Below, one piece after another: positions 43,536-54,718 of a stretch of 64,000 nucleotides of DNA (the stretch's first letter is position 1; the number at the start of each line of letters is the position of its first letter). Source of the DNA: an uncultured Acidobacteriota bacterium (GTDB taxonomy: Bacteria; Acidobacteriota; Thermoanaerobaculia; Multivoradales; JAHEKO01); contig CAVQNG010000005.1 in assembly GCA_963713825.1 (NCBI GenBank), positions 32,001 through 96,000 on the forward strand, written 5' to 3'. The notes beneath the pieces were generated by a model that worked only from the letters and a program-made list of their open reading frames with translations, did no database searches and was not told the origin of the DNA. A program made the translations under genes and the position numbers.

Positions 43536-45833
43536 ATGATTGGCTCGACACTTTCGCACTTTCGAATTACCTCCAAGCTCGGTGAAGGCGGGATGGGTGT
43601 GGTTTGGGGAGCAGAGGACACCGATCTGCATCGACCTGTTGCTTTGAAGGTGCTCTCGGACGAGACGCTGGCCCGCGAGGACATGCGGGCCCGATTCATG
43701 CGAGAGGCACGCACGGCGGCGGCCCTCAATCACCCCAACATCTGCACGATATACGAGGTCGGCGAAGTCGACCGGGTGCCCTTCATCGCCATGGAGCTCA
43801 TCGAGGGATCGAGTCTCGAGAAGCGTCTGAGCGAGAGGCAACTGGCTCTGTCTGAGCTCCTCCGGATCGCGACTCAGATCGCTGAAGCCATGGCGGCGGC
43901 CCACGCCGGTGGAATCGTGCACCGGGATCTGAAGCCAGGCAACGTCATGCTGACTGGAGACGGGCAGGTCAAGATCCTCGACTTCGGCCTCGCCAAGCCG
44001 CAGACGGCGCTGCTGGGTGGGGAAGGAGACGAGACCCTAGCCCAGCCCATATCGGCCGAGATGACGCAGCAAGGGACGATTCTCGGCACGGTTTCCTACA
44101 TGTCTCCGGAGCAGGCCGCGGGAAGAGACGTGGATTCACGATCGGACATCTTCTCGTTCGGAGTCCTGCTCTACCAGATGACGACAGGTCAGCTACCGTT
44201 CCGCGGTGACACTTCGACCTCGACCCTGGCCAAGATCCTCGAGACCGAGCCGGAATCGATTTCGGTTGTGCGCCAGGGATTGCCACCGGATCTCGAGAGG
44301 GTCGTTCGACGTTGTCTGCAGAAACAGCCGGACGCTCGATACAACGACACACGCGACCTGGTGGCTGAGCTGCGCGATCTCCAAACCACGGGTGAGAGCC
44401 AGGCGGCTGCACCGGTCGAGCAAAAAGGCGAGAGCAAGAAGATCCCAGCATGGATCTGGGGTGCAGCACTGGCTATCTTGGTGGCCGCTGTGGTCTTCCT
44501 TGCGGGGCCGTTTCGCGAGAGCGCCGTGGAGCCGGCGGCCCCCGAAGTGGTTGCCGTCGCAGAGATACCCTCGGTGGCTGTCCTGCCTTTCCACAATCTG
44601 AGCGCCGACGAAGACAACGCCTACTTCAGCGCCGGCATCACCGAGGAGATCATCAGCAAGCTCTCCCGCATCGATGGGTTGGAGGTCGCCTCCCGTAGCT
44701 CAGTTGCAGCGTTCACCGATACCGCCCGCGATGTGCAGCAGATCGGTCGAGATCTGGGCGTGCAGTATCTCCTCGACGGGAGCGTTCGACGCGCCGGCGA
44801 TCAGGTTCGGGTCTCGGCGCAACTGGTCGACGGTTCGACCGGGCGCAATCTCTGGTCGGAGGATTTCGACGGTAACCTCGAGGACGTCTTCGCCATGCAG
44901 GAGAAGACCGCGCTCAAGATCGCCGAGCGATTGGATCTCGAGCTCAGCCCCGAAGAACAGCGCGACGTGCAACGCCATTTGACCGACAACGTGGCGGCTT
45001 ATGACGCCTTTCTCAGAGGAATGTCACTGTCGCGCAGTTGGGGCGATCGAGAGAGCCTGCAGCAGGCGGCGGAGCACTTCGCTCTGGCCCTGGAGCAGGA
45101 CCCTGACTTTGCCGCCGCCATGGCAGGCTGGGCCTTCGTCGAGTCCGACATCTATCGAAACTTCGACACCACCGAAGACCGTATCCAGCATGCCGAGAGG
45201 CTGGCGGAAAGGGCTGTGGAGCTCGATCCCACGATGCCGGATGCCAGCCATGCCCTCGGACTCATCGCGGGCAACCGCTTCGACTACGAGCGGGCGTCGC
45301 GACTGCTCCGAGAGGCCGTGCGGCTAGATCCCAAGGAAGCCCGTTTCTGGGACAATCTCTCCTGGGCACTGGCATACGAGACGCCGCCCGATGGAGATGG
45401 AGCGGTCCAGGCGGCACGCGAGGCGGTTCGCCTGCAGCCGATCTTCCCCGGTGCCTACTATCACCTGGGCCGCGGTCTAATCGCCCAGGGGAAGTACGAA
45501 GAGGCGCGACAGGCCTTCGAGACGTCTCTCGAGCAGAATCCCAGATTCAGCTCTGGGCACTTGGGGCTGGCCCAGGTCCATTTGGCTCTCGGAGAGTGGG
45601 ACGCTGCGTTGGCCGAGATCGAGAAGGGTGGCCTGAAGGACACGGCCATCGTTGCCTACTATGAGACTGCGGCCTTCGCCGGAAAGGGCGAGCTCGACGA
45701 GGCCTTGCAGTCTCTGGAGAGGACGCTCGAGCTCGACTACCGTGACTTCGCAAATCTCAACGCCAGCCCCTACTTCGCGGCCCTTCGGGAAGACCCGCGC
45801 TTTTCTGAGCTCGTTGAGCGCTACCAGGGCTGA
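43536..45833 (+). CDS. K13: Ser/Thr kinase + TM + TolB-N-like + TPR
   Basis: MIGSTLSHF start; HRDLKPGN, DFG; TM 'WIWGAALAILVAAVVFLAG'; 'SVAVLPFHNLS'; TPRs. Confidence 0.95.
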   Translation: MIGSTLSHFRITSKLGEGGMGVVWGAEDTDLHRPVALKVLSDETLAREDMRARFMREARTAAALNHPNICTIYEVGEVDRVPFIAMELIEGSSLEKRLSERQLALSELLRIATQIAEAMAAAHAGGIVHRDLKPGNVMLTGDGQVKILDFGLAKPQTALLGGEGDETLAQPISAEMTQQGTILGTVSYMSPEQAAGRDVDSRSDIFSFGVLLYQMTTGQLPFRGDTSTSTLAKILETEPESISVVRQGLPPDLERVVRRCLQKQPDARYNDTRDLVAELRDLQTTGESQAAAPVEQKGESKKIPAWIWGAALAILVAAVVFLAGPFRESAVEPAAPEVVAVAEIPSVAVLPFHNLSADEDNAYFSAGITEEIISKLSRIDGLEVASRSSVAAFTDTARDVQQIGRDLGVQYLLDGSVRRAGDQVRVSAQLVDGSTGRNLWSEDFDGNLEDVFAMQEKTALKIAERLDLELSPEEQRDVQRHLTDNVAAYDAFLRGMSLSRSWGDRESLQQAAEHFALALEQDPDFAAAMAGWAFVESDIYRNFDTTEDRIQHAERLAERAVELDPTMPDASHALGLIAGNRFDYERASRLLREAVRLDPKEARFWDNLSWALAYETPPDGDGAVQAAREAVRLQPIFPGAYYHLGRGLIAQGKYEEARQAFETSLEQNPRFSSGHLGLAQVHLALGEWDAALAEIEKGGLKDTAIVAYYETAAFAGKGELDEALQSLERTLELDYRDFANLNASPYFAALREDPRFSELVERYQG

Positions 45834-45905
45834 ACCAGGCTGACTTGTCGTTGGATTTTGGATTCGCTGGCGCTGGGAACCGCGCCAGACACCTGGTCCG
45901 GGAAC

Positions 45906-48212
45906 TCACCCTGCTCGATCGATGTGTGGGATGTTCGCCTTTTCCAGCAGCGCTTTGAACCTGGGCTCGGAGCGCAGGTTGTCGAGGAGCGGCCAGTTGA
46001 GGAACGAGATCAGCGGGTTGCGCTCGTCGTAGGCCTTCTCCAGCCAGCCGAGCGCGGCCTCCTTATCGCCCAGGCCGGCGTGACCCCAGGCGAAGAACAT
46101 GGCCGAGACGTACTGACCCGCGGCTCGCGCCTCGAGCTCGGCGAGAATCTCTTCGGCAAGGCCACGCTCCCCGGCGGCACCATAGGTATAGGCCAACCAT
46201 CCCAGGTAGTAGGAGCCTCTCCCCGATAGAGAAGTCGCCCGCTCCATCGTCGCGATGGCTTCGTCGTGCCGACCGCTCTTCGAGTAGGCGCCGCCGAGAA
46301 CCCAATGGGTGAAGAGGAAATCGCTCTCCATCTCGAGGGCTCGACCGAGCGCCGGCAGGGCCTCCTCGTTCTTGCCGGCCACGAAGTGTGCCAGGCCCAA
46401 GCAGGTGTTGGCATAGGGTGAGAGTGGATCGATTTCGAGTGCCTCTGTAATCATCGACACGGCCTCGTCGTATCGATGGGCAAAGCTGAGCAGGAAGCTG
46501 TACCAGCACCTGGCCAGCGCCGCTTCGGCATTGACCTCGATCGAGCGTTGGAGGCTCGACTCGGCCCTTTCGAAGTCCCACTCGAGCCAGAGCTGGATGA
46601 GCGCCCTGGCGGCGTGAAGCTCGGCTAGGTCGGGCTCGAGCTCGGTTGCGCGGTCGATGGCGGCCTGCGCCTTGGCGAGTGCGACGCCTGGATCGAGTCC
46701 GTAGAAACCCAGGCTGCTGTACGCGTTGGCCAGTCCGGCGTAGGCAAGGGTGTAGGAGGGATCCTTCCGGGTCGCCTGCTCGAAGAAGGCCGCGGCCTTC
46801 TCGAGCGAGCCAACCTCACGCCGGTACCAGTTGTGTTGTCCCTTGAGATACAGATGATAGGCCTCGAGGTTGTGGGTTTGACGCTTGCTGGGCTTGGTAT
46901 CGGCCGCACCACCTACCTGTCCCCGGAGGACCTCGGCGATGCTCTCGGAGATCTCGTCCTGGACGGCGAAGACGTCCTTCATGTTGCGGTCGTAGCGTTC
47001 CGACCAGATGTTGAATCCGTCCTCGACGTTGATGAGTTGGGCGGTGACGCGCAATTGGTCGCCAGCGGTCTTGACGCTGCCATCGAGGAGCATCGTGACG
47101 TTGAGAGCCTGCCCGACATGCCGGGTGTCGTGGGCCTGATCCTTGAAATGGAACGCCGAGCTGCGGGAGGCGACCCGTAGACCTCCGATCTGGGTCATGG
47201 CATTGAGGATCTCCTCGGCCATGCCTTCACAGAAATACTCCTGGTCCCGCTTGGGGCTCAAATCGCGGAAGGGTAGGACGGCGATGGAAGGTGCGACGTC
47301 AACCCCACCTATCGGCTCCGTTGGCGGCGGGGATGCCGAGGGCTCGTCCGGCCGGCTGTCCGAGATGGCCTCCAAAGCGAACGACAGATCTCGCACCGAT
47401 TGAAAACGCTCACCGACGTCCTTTTCCAGGCACCGGCGGACGATGCTCTCCAGGACCTGCGGCACCGAGGAGTTCGAGCTCGGGGGCATTGCCGGATCCT
47501 CACGCAGGATCGCACTGAGAATGTCCGCCGAGGAATCGCCGGGAAAGGCCCGGGTTCCGTAAAGCATCTCGTGGAGGAGGGTGCCGAAAGAGAAGATGTC
47601 GGAGCGGTGGTCGGATTCGTGCCCCCGGGCCTGCTCGGGAGACATGTACCCTATCGTTCCCATGACCGAACCGGGTTGGGTGTGCTGGGTGAGTGTCGCA
47701 AGCGTCGCGCCATCGCCAGTTGATGCTCGACGGTCGCTCCACTTCGCCAATCCGAAATCGAGGATCTTGGCGCGACCGTCCCGAGTGACGAAGATGTTCT
47801 CGGGCTTGAGGTCTCGGTGCACGATGCCCTTGTCGTGGGCCGCGGCCAGCCCGTGCGCAATCTCGACAGCAAGGCCGAGCGCTCTGCTGGTGGTCAAGCT
47901 GTCGGACTCGAGCCGCTCTCGGAGAGTCTGGCCTTCCAGTAGCTCGGTGACGGCATACCCAAGACCCTCTTCGTTGCCGATGTCGTAGAGCGCCAGGATG
48001 TTGGGATGGGCGAGAGCCGCGACCGCCCTCGCCTCGAGCTCGAATCGCTCGAGCGCCCTTGGCTCCTGAGCCACCTTGGCAGGCAGCACTTTGACCGCGA
48101 CTTCACGCCCCAGACGGGTATCGCGGGCCCGATAGACCTCGCCCATGCCGCCCGCACCGAGGGAGTCGAGAACCTCGTAGGGTCCCAGTCGTGTACCTGC
48201 TGCCAGTGCCAT
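45906..48212 (-). CDS. K14: Ser/Thr kinase + TolB-N-like + TPR; no TM helix
   Basis: MALAAGTRLGPYEV start; HRDLKPEN, DFG; 'SIAVLPFRDLS'; TPRs. Confidence 0.93.
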   Translation of the reverse strand: MALAAGTRLGPYEVLDSLGAGGMGEVYRARDTRLGREVAVKVLPAKVAQEPRALERFELEARAVAALAHPNILALYDIGNEEGLGYAVTELLEGQTLRERLESDSLTTSRALGLAVEIAHGLAAAHDKGIVHRDLKPENIFVTRDGRAKILDFGLAKWSDRRASTGDGATLATLTQHTQPGSVMGTIGYMSPEQARGHESDHRSDIFSFGTLLHEMLYGTRAFPGDSSADILSAILREDPAMPPSSNSSVPQVLESIVRRCLEKDVGERFQSVRDLSFALEAISDSRPDEPSASPPPTEPIGGVDVAPSIAVLPFRDLSPKRDQEYFCEGMAEEILNAMTQIGGLRVASRSSAFHFKDQAHDTRHVGQALNVTMLLDGSVKTAGDQLRVTAQLINVEDGFNIWSERYDRNMKDVFAVQDEISESIAEVLRGQVGGAADTKPSKRQTHNLEAYHLYLKGQHNWYRREVGSLEKAAAFFEQATRKDPSYTLAYAGLANAYSSLGFYGLDPGVALAKAQAAIDRATELEPDLAELHAARALIQLWLEWDFERAESSLQRSIEVNAEAALARCWYSFLLSFAHRYDEAVSMITEALEIDPLSPYANTCLGLAHFVAGKNEEALPALGRALEMESDFLFTHWVLGGAYSKSGRHDEAIATMERATSLSGRGSYYLGWLAYTYGAAGERGLAEEILAELEARAAGQYVSAMFFAWGHAGLGDKEAALGWLEKAYDERNPLISFLNWPLLDNLRSEPRFKALLEKANIPHIDRAG

Positions 48213-48390
48213 TGTGCGGCCTAGTCTAGCGCAGGCTCTTGGGTTGCATGAACCAGGGGAGTACTGACGGAACCTGACACACGTTTGGTGCACCATGGGC
48301 TCGAGGCTGGAAGGTGCCACCCTTTTTTCGTTGGCAATCCGAGGCGTGCCTGGCACCTATGACGGGTCGAGAGGCCGGAGAGGAGGTCCC

Positions 48391-49392
48391 ATGGAAGCGC
48401 AAGGCATGGTGGGCACAGTTGGGTCGGCGAAGCAGTGGCTTCGGACGGTGACGATCGGAGCGGGGATGCACAGCAAGAATCTGACGGTTTTTCCGCTCTA
48501 CTGGAGGGGTGACGAAGCGATCGCAGAGCCACGAACCGCCGCCTAGTTGGGGAGACGATGCAGCAGCGATGGCAAGAAGGGCCGTTACCAGCTGCTCGCC
48601 GACGCCATCGAAGCGAAGCAGGCGATGGTGGAGGAGATGAGCGATTCGGGAGAGGTGCCGCTGCTGGCGGTACGAAATGACGGCGCGATGCCGTTCTGAT
48701 TCCCGAAGGAGAGATCCTGATCGGCGCCAAGCAGAATCGCACCGTCAATCTGACGCTACTTGTTGCCGCGAAGACCCAGATGTCGATGCCGGTGAGCTGT
48801 GTCGAGGCTGGGCGGTGGAGCCGAAAATCACGCCACTTCGAGGCCAAGGCGTGGGCACATCCCAAGCTGCGTGAGCTCAAGGTGCGAAGCGCCCAGTTCT
48901 ACCGGAGTAAGACGGGAGAGGCGAGGAGTGATCAGGGTGCTGTCTGGAATGAGATCAACGAACATCTCGAGGACTGCGACATACCGGCTTCGACTCGAGA
49001 CCTGGCGATGAGCTTCGAGGGTGCTGAGGGCCGCGTGCGAGTACCGAGAGCGAATCGAGCTGCCCAAGGAGGCCTGCGGATTCCTGGCAGCTCGCGGTGA
49101 TGAGGTAGTTGGGCTGGATCTGTTCGATGCGCCGGAGACCCTGCACAAGCTCTGGCGGCGGATGTCGGATGCCTACTTTGTGGAATCTACCCGCGAGCGA
49201 CAGCACAAGAAGAGGACTCCAAGAAAGGTAGCAGAGGAGTTCCTGGGAGCCGTCGAAGAACACCTGGCACCGGCGGACAAGCAACCCCAGCTCGGCTTCG
49301 AGATGGAGTTGGTCAACGGCGCCTTGTCTGGCTCCGCCCTCTGGTACGACGGCGCCATCTGCCACCTTTCGGCCTTCAGCGCAAATAACTAG
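48391..49392 (+). pseudogene. ARPP-1/DUF6569-like protein, interrupted (in-frame TAG at 48544, frameshifts at ~48693 and ~49030)
   Basis: SD AGGAGG; 'NLTVFPL', 'GEVPLLAVRN', 'GEILIGAKQNRTVN', 'PVSCVEAGRW', 'DQGAVW', 'GLDLFDAPETL' spread across frames; the breaks may be sequencing errors. Confidence 0.7.
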
Positions 49393-49732
49393 CCCGCGTT
49401 TCGTCCGTTCTGGGCCACGATTTCGATGAGGTCCGTCCGGGTGGTTCGCCTGGGGGACGGCGTGGGCTATTCGGACTTAAGGGCGGGGCGTAGGGCACGT
49501 CACCGTGCCGGAGTCTCTGGTGCTCTTGTTGCTCTGGAATCAACAAACGGTGCAAGGCCGCGAACGAGGTCTCCAGCCGGACGCCCAGGACACGGGGGAC
49601 AGCTCGGGCGTGGCCTGTTGCGCCATACGATTCAGGCCCCCAAGACCTCAAGGAACGACCTCGCGCAGCGCAGGTCGGCTTCAACCCCCAGAGCCTCAAC
49701 GGCCGGCGAGGGGCGCCGGCCACCTCAACCCG

Positions 49733-51199
49733 TCACCGCACTTTCGTTTCCCAGTTGCTGTGCTGCAGAAATCGGGTGACGTTGCCGGCGTCGTCGACTT
49801 CGAAGAAGAACTCCTCGCCCAGGGATTTGTCGTCTTTGCGCACTCGGCGGAAGGTGTGATCACCGACCTTCTCGAGCTCGAAGAGGCTCTTCTTTGGGTC
49901 GCGGGTTCCCAATCCGAGGACGGCGAGCCCATCTTTCCATCGCAGGATCGCAGTCTGGCCCCAGGCGGAGTCGTAGACGCCAACATAGCGGGCCAGATCC
50001 GGGTCCCAATCGGGTATGTCGTCGGGACTTTCTGTTGCGGCCTCGATCGCTGGAACGATGAGGTCCGCCGCTTTCTCGGCGTAGAAGGTCACGGGCGTGC
50101 CGATGGCACTGGCCAGGACGATGACGCCCAGCTTGTTCTTGGGCACGAGTAGGAACTGGCTGTAGTAACCGGGGCACCCACCGCTGTGGCCAACGAAGAC
50201 GTGGCCGTTGCTCTTCCAGGTGCCGAAGCCGAGGCCGCGTTTCGTTTCCCAGTCGGGGTCCATCCACTGGACGCGTTGCATCTCACGCAAAGTGGAGGAG
50301 CGGAGGATTTCCTGGGTGTCGCTCCCCAAAAGCCGAAACTGCCACGACGCGAAGCTGGCGAGGTCCGGGACGGTCGAGGCGAAGCCGGCCGCTGGCGCGA
50401 TACCGTGGGTCTGGAACATGGGTAGGCGGCGGCGCGAGCCGTCCCGTTGCAGATAGCTGTGCCCCACCGCCATACGTTCACCCCATTCAGCCTCGGGGAT
50501 GTCGGTGAAGGTGTCTTCCATCTCCAGGGGATCGAGAATCTGGGACTGAATCCGGTCGTGGTAGGCCTGGCCGGACACCTCCGCCACGATTTCGCCCACC
50601 AGGGTAAGCCCCAGGTTCGAATACTGGAAGTAGCGCGAGGATGGGTAGAGCGTCGATTGGTTGGACAGCTGCTGGACGATCTGGTCGTGGGTTGGAAAGA
50701 CGAAATCGGGATCCGACCAGTAGGGGAAGTCCGATTCTCGCGGCAGGCCCGAGGAGTGACTCAGCAGTCGACGAACTGTAATGGCCTCGTCGTTGGGATG
50801 AGCGTCCTGGAGCGTGAACCAACTCAGATACTCGGAGACCGGAGCATCGAGGCGAACTCGATCCTGGTCGCGCAGCTGCATGAAGGCGACCGAGGTGAAG
50901 AGCTTCGAGATCGAGCAGATGCTGTAGATGGTCTCTGCAGTGGCTGGCGTGCCGGTGTCGGGGTTCGCCAGTCCGAAGCCGCGTGCTGTCAACAGTTCTT
51001 GATCGAGGACGACGCCGATCGATGCGGCCGGCACGCGGCTGATGCCCAGCTGGTACTCGACCCAGGCTTCCCAGGCAGCGACCGCATCGGCAACGCGCGG
51101 ATCGTCACCCAGCGACCGGGAGGCGGGTTCATCATCGGAGGCGATGACAGGTGTGACAGCAATCAGAACCAGCAGTACGATCGACATGAATCGATGCAT
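49733..51199 (-). CDS. secreted serine hydrolase, beta-lactamase class C/PBP family
   Basis: Signal peptide; SISK (SxxK), 'YSN', 'GHSGG', 'LLSHSSGL'. Confidence 0.92.
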   Translation of the reverse strand: MHRFMSIVLLVLIAVTPVIASDDEPASRSLGDDPRVADAVAAWEAWVEYQLGISRVPAASIGVVLDQELLTARGFGLANPDTGTPATAETIYSICSISKLFTSVAFMQLRDQDRVRLDAPVSEYLSWFTLQDAHPNDEAITVRRLLSHSSGLPRESDFPYWSDPDFVFPTHDQIVQQLSNQSTLYPSSRYFQYSNLGLTLVGEIVAEVSGQAYHDRIQSQILDPLEMEDTFTDIPEAEWGERMAVGHSYLQRDGSRRRLPMFQTHGIAPAAGFASTVPDLASFASWQFRLLGSDTQEILRSSTLREMQRVQWMDPDWETKRGLGFGTWKSNGHVFVGHSGGCPGYYSQFLLVPKNKLGVIVLASAIGTPVTFYAEKAADLIVPAIEAATESPDDIPDWDPDLARYVGVYDSAWGQTAILRWKDGLAVLGLGTRDPKKSLFELEKVGDHTFRRVRKDDKSLGEEFFFEVDDAGNVTRFLQHSNWETKVR

Positions 51200-51301
51200 G
51201 ATTTCCCTCGCTAGTGAACTGGTGGGTCAGGACTTCTCCCACGGCTGGCAGTTGATGTGGGGAAGGGGCTTGCCCCTCTCCTGATCAGGTCGAGTCGATC
51301 C

Positions 51302-53608
51302 TCATGCCTTCGGGTGCAGCCAGTAGGCCAGGGCAGGTAGGAGAACGATTGCGCCAAGCATGTTGAGCAGGAACATGAACGTCAACAGGATGCCCATATC
51401 AGCCTGGAACTTCAACGGCGAGAAGATCCAGGTGGCCACTCCAACCGCCAGCGTGAAGCCAGTGAAGATCACCCCGCTGCCCGTCAGCTTCAGCGTTTCG
51501 CGGTAGGCCCCCTGCAAAGGGGTGCCCTGGGCCAGGATGCTGCGCAGACGAGCGTAGATGTAGATCCCGTAGTCGACACCGATTCCAACGCCGAGAGCGA
51601 CTACCGGCAAGGTGGAGATCTTGAGTCCGATCTCGAGTGTCGACATCAGGGCATAGGCGAGGATCGATACCAGAGCGAGCGGGATAACGATGCAGAGGGT
51701 GGCGCGGAGCGACCGGAAAGTGATCAGGCACAGCACGATGATGGCCGCGAAGATCCACATCAGCATCGGAAATTGAGCCGCGGAGACGGTCTCATTGGTG
51801 GCCGCCATGACGCCAACATTGCCCGTGGCGAGCCGGAACCGGATCTCATCGGAGCCGTGCAGCGCCCGGTATGCCTTGACCGCTGAGACGATCCCTTCGA
51901 TGGTCTCGGCCTTGTGGTCCTGCGAGTAGATGTAGACCGGCATCACACTGCAGTCGGAGTTGAGCAGCCCCGTGCTGGTGTCGATATAGGTCACCGCCTG
52001 GGCCATGGTCGACGGGTTGCGGGGCAGGATTCGCCACTTGAGGCTGCCCTCGTTCCAACCGGCGTTGATGATCTTGGCCACAGTGCCGATGCCAAGCACC
52101 GACTGCACGCCAGGCACGTTACGCATGTGCCATTCGAAGCGGTCGATGGTGGTCATGATGTCGTGCCGGGTGCAGGCCTCGGGCTCGGACTCCACAATGA
52201 CAGTAATGACGTCCACGCCGATGGAGAAGTGTTTGGTGATCACCTCGGTGTCGATGTTGTATTGGGAGTCGGCTCGCAGCTCCGGCACGCCGGGATGCAG
52301 GTCGCCGATCTTGATCTGGGTTGCCTTCCAGCCGCCGACTGCGAAGAGGACAGCCGCCACAAGACGATGATTGCGGCGTTGCGGGGCACCGTGACCCGGG
52401 CCAGGGCTGTCCAGAGATGATCCAATTTGTCGGCCCGCTTCCGCAGCCTGGCCTCGTATTTCTCGTCGAGCTTGACGTAGGACAGGAGCACCGGTACCAG
52501 GATCAGGTCGGTGAGGATGATCACGGCCACGCCGAGGCTGGCGGTGATGGCCATCTCCTGGATCATGCGGATCTTGATCAGCATGATGGTGATGAAGCCG
52601 ATGGTGTCGCTCAACAGGGCGATGCTTCCCGGAACGATCAACCTGCGGAAGCCGATCTGGGCCGCTTCCAGGCTGTTCGCACCCTCGTAGACCTCGGCTC
52701 GGAAGGCGCTCACCATCTGCACGCCGTGACTCACCCCGATGGCGAAGATCAGGAACGGCACGAGGATCGACATCGGGTCGATGCCGAATCCGAGCATCGG
52801 CAGCAGACCCAACTGCCAGATCACCGCGATCAGCGAGCAGCCGACGACGATCAGGGTGAGCTTGGCGCTCTGGGAGTAGAGGTAGACGAAAACAACCGTG
52901 ATGAAGAAGGCCACCAGAAAGAACAGCACGACTCGTGCTACTCCGGCGGCGATGTCACCGATGACCTTGGCAAAGCCGATGATGTGATAGTCGAACTCGA
53001 CTCCCACATCGTGGTTGCTGTATTTCTGGCGGACCTCCTCCAACTGGTCGGCCACGTACAGGTAGTCGAGGCGCTCGCCGGTGGTGGGATCGATCTCCAG
53101 GAGCGGCGCGACGACAAGGCGGAGCTGAAATCGTTGGCCACGAGGCGGCCGACATAGGCCGATTTGAGGAGGTTTTCGCGGACCTTGGCGATCCCTTCTC
53201 GGTCATTGCGAAGTCGTCAGGAATGACGTTGCCACCTGAAATGCCATCCTCCACTACTTCCGTGAAGCGGACATTGGGCGTGAAGAGGGACATCACCCGT
53301 GTCCGGTCGACGCCGGGAATGAAGAAGACGTCATCGGTGACCTCTTGCAGCACCTCGAAGAACTTCGGTGTGAAGATGTCCCCTTCTCTCGCCTTGATGG
53401 CGATGACGACCCGATTGGCGCCGCCGAACGCCTCGCGATACTCAACGTAGGTCTGCATATACTCGTGCTTCAGGGGCAGGAGCTTCGCGAAACCCGCGTC
53501 GATTTTCAGATGACTGGCGTGATACGCCATGAAGACGGTCAGCACGGCAAAGATGCCCAACACCAGGCGACGGTTGCCAAAGATCAGGTTCTCGAGCCGG
53601 GAGATCAT
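51302..53608 (-). CDS. RND/MMPL family transporter (frameshifted at ~52360 and ~53100-53200)
   Basis: 'GIDPMSILVPFLIFAIGVSHGVQ', 'GVGIGVDYGIY', 'LKFQADMGILLTFM' over three ORF pieces. Confidence 0.85.
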
Positions 53609-53625
53609 CGCGAAGTCCTTTCCGC

Positions 53626-54627
53626 TCACTTCGCCAGGCCGTGAGCTCTGGCTGCTGCTTGACGCCGAACTCGCCCACCAACAGTGGCTGTCCTCGCCGT
53701 CTCCACCAGCGCCGAGATCCCCCGCCGACTGGGTTGCTGTCGCAGTCGAAGGTCAGTCCAGCGTCGGATGAAACGAGCTCGCTCCGCCCAGACCAATGAC
53801 GACGATGGTGCCATCCTCGAGACGAGCTCCGTCGGTGAGCATGGCCACGGTACCGGTGTCGACCTCGCCCAGGTCTCTCCGGAATCGTCGCTCCGAAAGA
53901 GATGCCCACGAAGCCCAAAAACCAGCACCGAGTCGTCGTCAACGGCAGCGCGGAGAAGAAGGACCCCCGTAGGCACGGCGCTCCAGCCAGCTGGCGCCGT
54001 CGTCGTCGGACCGGTAGATCATCCCCGCCTCGGCTGCCATGTAGAGCTTCCCGGTGCTGGATCGAGACGGATGGTGCAGATGATAGTCGTATTCGCCGAT
54101 AGGATCCGACAGTTCCCTCCTGTCGTGCCTCCAGGAAGTGGGTAGAAGCCCGTAGGCCCCGATGCGAAGCCGTGTCAGCATCGAAGAAAAACACATCCAT
54201 CAACGGGCGCTCCTCCTCCGGGGCGCAGTGGACGTCTCCAAGATGACACCGCCGTCCGCGGTTCGGAGGATCACTGCGTCGTGTCCCACGACCCGGCCCA
54301 GGTCGATCGTTGAGGAAGACGCCGGTCAGGGTCGCTGGGGTCGGGACCTCGGCCTGCTCCCAGGAGCTTCCCATGTCGGGGGAGACCAGGATGTGACCCC
54401 GCTCCCCCACCACCACGAGCCTACCGAGGCGGCCCATCCAGGAAGAGTGACTTGCGGCGAGGCGGGCTGGCTGCCGGTAGTGCTCGATCTCTCCTGGTCG
54501 GCGTCCTGCCCGACGACGCCGGCCCCGCCAGGGCCGGCAGACGAGAGTGAGGTGCTGCCAGAGGCCGTTGGAGAAAGAGAGATCTGACCGCGCCGGCGTG
54601 CGAAGCTTTTGGGACCTGAGCCGTCAT
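53626..54627 (-). CDS. YCF48/BNR-repeat beta-propeller protein (multiple frameshifts; ends approximate)
   Basis: 'VVGERGHILVSPDMGSSW', 'EAGMIYRSDDDGASW', 'GLRGHLFRSDDSGETW' Asp-box repeats in different frames. Confidence 0.75.
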
Positions 54628-54718
54628 CCGCTCGGCCAGGTACCTCCTCCGTCCATCGCCCCCCTGAAAATCACGACGGCCGGGCCGTTTTGGCCCACCG
54701 TATGGTGAGAACGATTCG

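Noticed and set aside
49393-49732. Small gene or ncRNA in the 340-bp convergent spacer
   Set aside because: No credible ORF or recognisable RNA motif; only short-repeat remnants.
49733-51199. True beta-lactamase resistance gene
   Set aside because: SxxK and YxN are shared with esterases and peptidases, and the ~490-aa length with an extra C-terminal domain fits generic serine hydrolases.
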